Of a stretch of 64,000 bases of DNA, positions 59,015 through 64,000 are shown piece after piece. This DNA comes from Diplonema japonicum (taxonomy: Eukaryota; Protista; Euglenozoa: Diplonemea). Under the pieces are notes generated by a model. The model was not told where the DNA came from, made no database searches, and saw nothing but the letters and a program-made list of their open reading frames with translations. Location of the stretch: contig OZ025691.1 of the NCBI GenBank assembly GCA_964019335.1, positions 124,001-188,000 of the forward strand, in the 5' to 3' direction. A program made the translations under genes and the position numbers. Every line of letters starts with the position of its first letter. The stretch's first letter is position 1.

Positions 59015-59601
59015 GGGGGGGAAAAGGGTTCTCTTTGTTTTCTACAATTTTGGTTTTTTTTTTTTTTTTTTTTTTTTTTTTCTTTTTTTTTTTTTTTTCC
59101 CCCGTGAGCCCGAGTGAAGAAAAAAAAAAGGGGAGGAGAGGATCAATAATTCTAACCTCTCCTTTCCTCTTCTTATTTTTTGTTTTTTTCCCTTCTCCCT
59201 TTGTTGAGATGTACGAGGAGGGAGAGAGTGTGTTCGCAAGGAATGGAAAGCGTTTTTTATTTTTATTTATTTTTTATTTTAAGCCCCTTTTCCAATAAAT
59301 TTCCGAGTCATCCCCTTCACTTCTTTCTTCTTCTTCTTTTTTTTTTTTTTTTTTTTTTTGGTGGGTTTTTTTCTTCTTTTTTTTTTCTTCGAGATTCTTC
59401 CCCCTGTCAGAAAAAAAAAAAAAAAAAAGGAGTTTTTTGACTAGCCAATCCAAAATCGGGGAGGGGAACGATTTGAGAATGCCATCCTGCCTTTTCTCTT
59501 TCATTTACCCCCACCCCACTGTTTCATTCACTCTGACACCAATATCCTGGCTCCTTCGATCCTTCTTTCCCTTTGCACGAGCAACCCATAATGAAAGCTG
59601 A

Positions 59602-59639
<38 letters not shown>

Positions 59640-59649
59640 TAAATAAACG

Positions 59650-59742
59650 CGGGAGAACAGAAAGAAGAATAAGAAAATGGTGTAGACATCCGCCCGCCCG
59701 CCTCGCCCTGAAATATCACACCGACCGTTGCTCTCTCTCTCT

Positions 59743-59773
<31 letters not shown>

Positions 59774-60610
59774 CTTTTTTTTTTATCTATCTTTCGCAGG
59801 TTTCTTTTTCGTTCTCTCTTCCCCCCCCCCCCCCCCCCCCCCCCTTCTTCCTTCTTCCTCCCTTCCACCATATTCACACATTATCACAGTGTACACATGT
59901 TTGGGTTTCAGCGGCCAGCGCCACGGTCAATCGCGGCACCAGTTCAGGTGACAATCGAAGAACTGTACAATGGGTGTGTGAAAGAACTGGACCTGGATGA
60001 TCTTGGTGATGAAAAAATGAAAGAAATGGGTTTCACAGGAAAGCTTGACTGCCATGTGACCAAGGGCATGCGCGAAGGAAGCCGGATTCCTTTCCCGGGG
60101 ATGGGGATACAGCTGCCAGGGACAGGTGCAAGAGGAGATTTCACTGCAGTGGTAGAAGTCCTACCTGATGAAAGGTACACCATCGTGGAGGAGAATCACG
60201 TGCAGATCTCTCATGAAATATCGCTTTGCGAGGCACTGACCGGGTTCAGCCATGAGCTCCGCCACATAGATGGCTCGCTTCTCATTATTACTTCTTCCGA
60301 AATAACCCCGCCAAAGTGCATTAAGAAGGTCCCCCAACGGGGGCTCCCCACTGGGAATGACACCAGCTCTCCTGGCGACCTGCTTGTCGCCTTCACAATT
60401 GTTTTCCCGAGGGTGCTTGACTCGGATCAAATCCAGGCACTCAAACCCCTTCTTCCTACAAGAGACATGGTGCCCCATTTTGAAGGCGACACTGCCGAAG
60501 GGGTGGAACTGAACGGTTGCAACGAAGACGACTGGGCTGCCAAGTTGCAACAGGAGGACGAATCCGATGAAGAAGAAGAAGAAGAGCAGCATTTCTTCTT
60601 TTTCCGATAG
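59650..60610 (+). CDS. DnaJ/Hsp40 class A/B C-terminal domain with eroded J-domain (possible pseudogene or misassembled 5' end)
   Basis: VTIEELYNG, V.KGM..G..I.F.G.G, GD...V, ISL.EAL.G...HIDG, GDL.V.F.IVFP. Upstream IRK..RLALKYHTDR is a J-domain remnant, interrupted by homopolymers. Confidence 0.75.
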
Positions 60611-60876
60611 AAAGATGAAGGGAGAAAAAAAAAAAAGTGTGTGTGTGTGTGTGTTTCTTTTTTTTTCTTTTTTTTTCTCGGTTTTCTGAACGTTACCTTA
60701 TCTGATCCCATAGTTGTTGTCATTTCCTCTTCCTTTTTTTTTTTTTTTTTTTTTTTTTCTTCTTTGCTTCTGCTGTTGTTGTTTTGTTTTTTTTTTTTCT
60801 TTTTTTTTTCTAAAATTGTCCCCCAATCCCACTAACAAAAAAGGGGGGGGGGGGGGTTGGGCACACAAGCCCTCCA

Positions 60877-62400
60877 ATGGAAGCGGCGCCAGTAGGCAAC
60901 ATGACCCCCAGTGAGAGTGGTCAGAGCTGCAACGCAGACGGGAGCGACGCCGCCGATAATGTGAAGGATTCCTTGATGCTGATGGGGACCATCATGGTGA
61001 TTGCGGCGAGCTTTGTGTCCTGCTTCGGCCTGAACCTGCAGAAGCTGTCTCACAATAGGAACGAAGAACAAGAAGAAGAAGACCGGCAACCCATGTGGCG
61101 GTCATGGATTTGGGTTTTGGGACTGATCTGCATGGTGATGGGCAGCATCCTGGATATGGTAGCACTCCCGTTCGTTCCCCTCTCCAGGGTGTCTGCTCTT
61201 GGTGCTTCTGGAATGCTTGCGAATATCCTTATCACACCAATCTTTCTAGGCGAGAAGCTCACAAAGCACGATATCGTCGGTGGAGTAATTACTGTCGCTG
61301 GCACCACGATGGCCTGCATCTTCGGTGCCTCAACAGAGCCCAAGCTAACGTCGTATTGCCTGCTGGAGAACTTCACAGAGAAGCTTTTTATTTTGTACGC
61401 GATAGTGCTGAGCGTCTTTCTGGCTGTGTTGTACTATCTGATTGTTGGTTTCCGGAAAAAGCAGGCGAAAATGGTCGAGGCCGGGCATGTTGCAGAGTTC
61501 ATGGAATGTGTGTGGCTGTGGGACAACTTGGAGTTGCTTGACACAGTGGGGAAAGATTCTCACAGTTTTGTGTTTATAACAAAGGTATGGGGGAAAAACA
61601 AAAAAAAAAAAAAAAAAATAATAATAATAATATCAAATAATAGTTCGGCCCTCAGTTCTACCCCGTTGTGCACGCTGTCTTTGCGGGCACTTTCGGGGCT
61701 CAGAGTGTTATGTTTGCGAAGGTTTGAAAAAAGAAGAAAAAAAAAAACCCCTCAGGCGGTTCTGATCTTCTTCCGGAACGCCGTCAGCAGTATCGAAGTC
61801 GAGAAGTCAATTTTCATGCTTTTCCTCTTTCTGATTCCCACGGTGTTCTGTCTGTGGTTCCAGATCGGGTACCTGAACCTTTCCCTTCAGATCTACAGGG
61901 ACGCACTCTTCGTCCTTCCCGTGTACCAGTCCATGTGGATCTCCATCGGGATTATAAGCGGCCTGATTTTCTACCAAGAGTACAGGGACATAGATGGGTA
62001 CAGCATTGCGTGGTTTGCTGCAGGAGTTTGTATTGTGTTGGTGGGTTTGGTGATTCTGACTAAACGGAGCAGTAAAACCCCTGAAATAGGTTCGCCCTGC
62101 AAGACCAGCAAGCAGGTCCAGTCTAACTTCGATGATCAGGACACGGCAACCCTCACAGGAAGGAGATCTACAGGTCTACCCTCCGACCTCAAGAATATCT
62201 CCTTCAACCAAGTTCTTGCTCCTGGAATGTTAGCTGAGTCCTTTAGTCTCTTGCAAGACTACAAGGCACAACATGCGGTTTCCCCTGAGAAGAATGGCAC
62301 GGTTTTGGAAGACGCACCTCTTCTTTCCAAGCAGAAGGGGCTGAAAAAGGTCTCGACCACTTCAGAGACGTGCAATGGGATTAACATCCAAGTGGAGTAG
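60877..62400 (+). CDS. NIPA-type Mg2+ transporter, paralog 2; introns 61585-61643 and 61722-61755
   Basis: Clearly homologous to 52136-53840, with two introns at identical positions (TK|FGPQFYP and FAK|AVL). Confidence 0.92.
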   Translation: MEAAPVGNMTPSESGQSCNADGSDAADNVKDSLMLMGTIMVIAASFVSCFGLNLQKLSHNRNEEQEEEDRQPMWRSWIWVLGLICMVMGSILDMVALPFVPLSRVSALGASGMLANILITPIFLGEKLTKHDIVGGVITVAGTTMACIFGASTEPKLTSYCLLENFTEKLFILYAIVLSVFLAVLYYLIVGFRKKQAKMVEAGHVAEFMECVWLWDNLELLDTVGKDSHSFVFITKVWGKNKKKKKKIIIIISNNSSALSSTPLCTLSLRALSGLRVLCLRRFEKRRKKKTPQAVLIFFRNAVSSIEVEKSIFMLFLFLIPTVFCLWFQIGYLNLSLQIYRDALFVLPVYQSMWISIGIISGLIFYQEYRDIDGYSIAWFAAGVCIVLVGLVILTKRSSKTPEIGSPCKTSKQVQSNFDDQDTATLTGRRSTGLPSDLKNISFNQVLAPGMLAESFSLLQDYKAQHAVSPEKNGTVLEDAPLLSKQKGLKKVSTTSETCNGINIQVE

Positions 62401-62954
62401 GGGGGGGGGGGGATTTTCTTATTAGATGAAGTGAAAAAGAAAAGGACGTGATTTCGTGGATTTTTTTTATCCTTTTTTTTTTTTTTTTTTTAAGGTATTG
62501 TTTCTTCTCTTCTCCGTTTCTTTCCCCTTTTTTTTTTATGGGGGGCAGCAAGACCTTTGGCCGGGTCTAGGTGTGTAACGACACCTCCCCTTAAGCGAGT
62601 CTGTGCCCAGGGCGATGCACAGGTGACACGAGTGAGGCAAACCTTGGTTACGAGCACTGTCACCTAGGCACAAACAGACCTTTCAAAAAACATAGGTAAC
62701 ATGGTCGCATTTGGCTTCGGGGCACTTAGAGCCGACTGTGGTGATCGTACTGAGAGCCGTATGGCTTGTGTCACCTTGACGTTGAGAGATTCAAAAAATG
62801 AAAAAGAAAAATAAAGGAAGTAGATGAGGGGGGGGTTTTTTTTTCTCTTTCTTTAGGCAACCACACGAAACTTTTTTTTTCTTTTTTTTTTTTCTTAGAA
62901 ATTTCTCCCACTTCCCTTATTTTCTTTAGCAACCCGGGTTTGATCTGAAGGGAG

Positions 62955-62985
<31 letters not shown>

Positions 62986-64000
62986 TACCTTTAGGTTACT
63001 CGAGCTTTTAGAGATATGGGTTTTTTTCTTTTTTTTTTGTCAATCTTATCCCCTTTCCCCTTTTTTTTATTACTCGCGTGATCAATTCCCTTCACTTCCA
63101 TTTTTTTTTTTTTTTTTAAAGGTTCCCCTCCCACTTTTTCTCTTTCCAGAAATGGGTGGAAATGGGTGATGTGGGGACTCTTATTCTCTCGGTGCACCCC
63201 CCTCCTCCCCCTCCAGGATAAAAAGGAAGATAAAAAGAACATCATTTGTTTTTCTTGCTGTATCTCGTCTTCCGAGACATATGCTGAGGCTGCTATCTAA
63301 CAAGAGCTTTTCTAAGTTGTAAATCCCACTTCGTACCACCAGGGCTGTTCGGCTTTTAAAACAATAGATCTCTTTTCTTTTCTTTTTTTTTTTCCTTCTG
63401 ATTTATACTCCCCCTTCCGAAAAAAAAAAAAAAAAAAAAAAAAAAACGAAAGCAAGCACCAAGACCAGTCCTTACCTTTCCTCAGACGCCCCCCTCCCCT
63501 CCCTCCCGTTTCATTTTTGTTTAACCTATCTTGAGCGGTGTGATGATTGTGGCATGTTTTTTTTTTTTTTTTTTTCTCGTTTTTTGATAAAAAAAAAACA
63601 CTTTTTTTTTCTTCTTTTGTTCCCTAGCGTGCAAGATGGAGCAACCCAGTTTCTTGTACACCTACAAAAAAAAATAAGAGGAGGGGAAATAACGCAATCG
63701 AGATTCCTCAGCATGAACTGCCTTCAGGGGGGACATGGGGGTGGTAAAGTGGGTTTTTTCAAATTCGGAAATGCAGAACATTGGAGCCGCTTAAACCATG
63801 TAAAACGCCCCTTTCTCGACCAAAAAATCGATTTCCGCCCGGTACTTTTTACTTTTGGGCACCTACAAATCATTATTTTGCATTTTTAAAACTGGTGACC
63901 ACGGTTTGGTACCTGGCCTGTTGTCTCCCCTGTAGTTTCTGAGTTTTCTGAAAATTTTAGAATTTGACCATGGTTTGTTCCACCCTTTGAACGCGGCTCT

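Noticed and set aside
62560-62790. GGTGACAC/GTGTCACC inverted motifs after the last gene
   Set aside because: Possibly a repeat element, but no definable termini or TSD.
63725-64000. Non-homopolymer block at the window end, possibly a transposon terminus
   Set aside because: Truncated by the window edge, and no partner end is visible.

Overview
This is a eukaryotic nuclear window, most likely from a euglenozoan protist such as a diplonemid; the assignment is inferred from gene organisation, not from a database match. About 22 protein genes lie head-to-tail, all on the + strand, separated by homopolymer-rich spacers, which suggests a polycistronic, trans-spliced unit. Many genes carry short GT-AG introns (mostly 33-100 nt) that are often A-rich right up to the 3' AG. 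Recognisable products include a cathepsin L/F-like protease, GPR107/108, MOB1, an LRR protein, PLAC8, a HAD+APH (ACAD10-like) protein with PTS1, PA2G4/EBP1-like, a C2-ART-LRR protein, NT-C2, two NIPA transporters, FYVE-C2-PRT and a DnaJ with an eroded J-domain. Spacers hold transposon relics: piggyBac, a MULE-like MITE, a GGCTATG MITE family and mini Helitron-like repeats. Three loci stand out. (1) An inverted pair of initiator tRNA-Met genes at 39.7-39.9 kb is preceded by an unknown ~170-nt structured unit that shares their upstream leader; it is either a new Pol III RNA or a tRNA-targeted retroposon with a 36-bp target duplication. (2) A ~2-kb gene-free, hairpin-rich island beside the assembly gap contains an isolated, near-perfect 79-nt copy of the LSU rRNA peptidyl-transferase core. 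(3) The cis-intron architecture replaces the polypyrimidine tract with poly(A).
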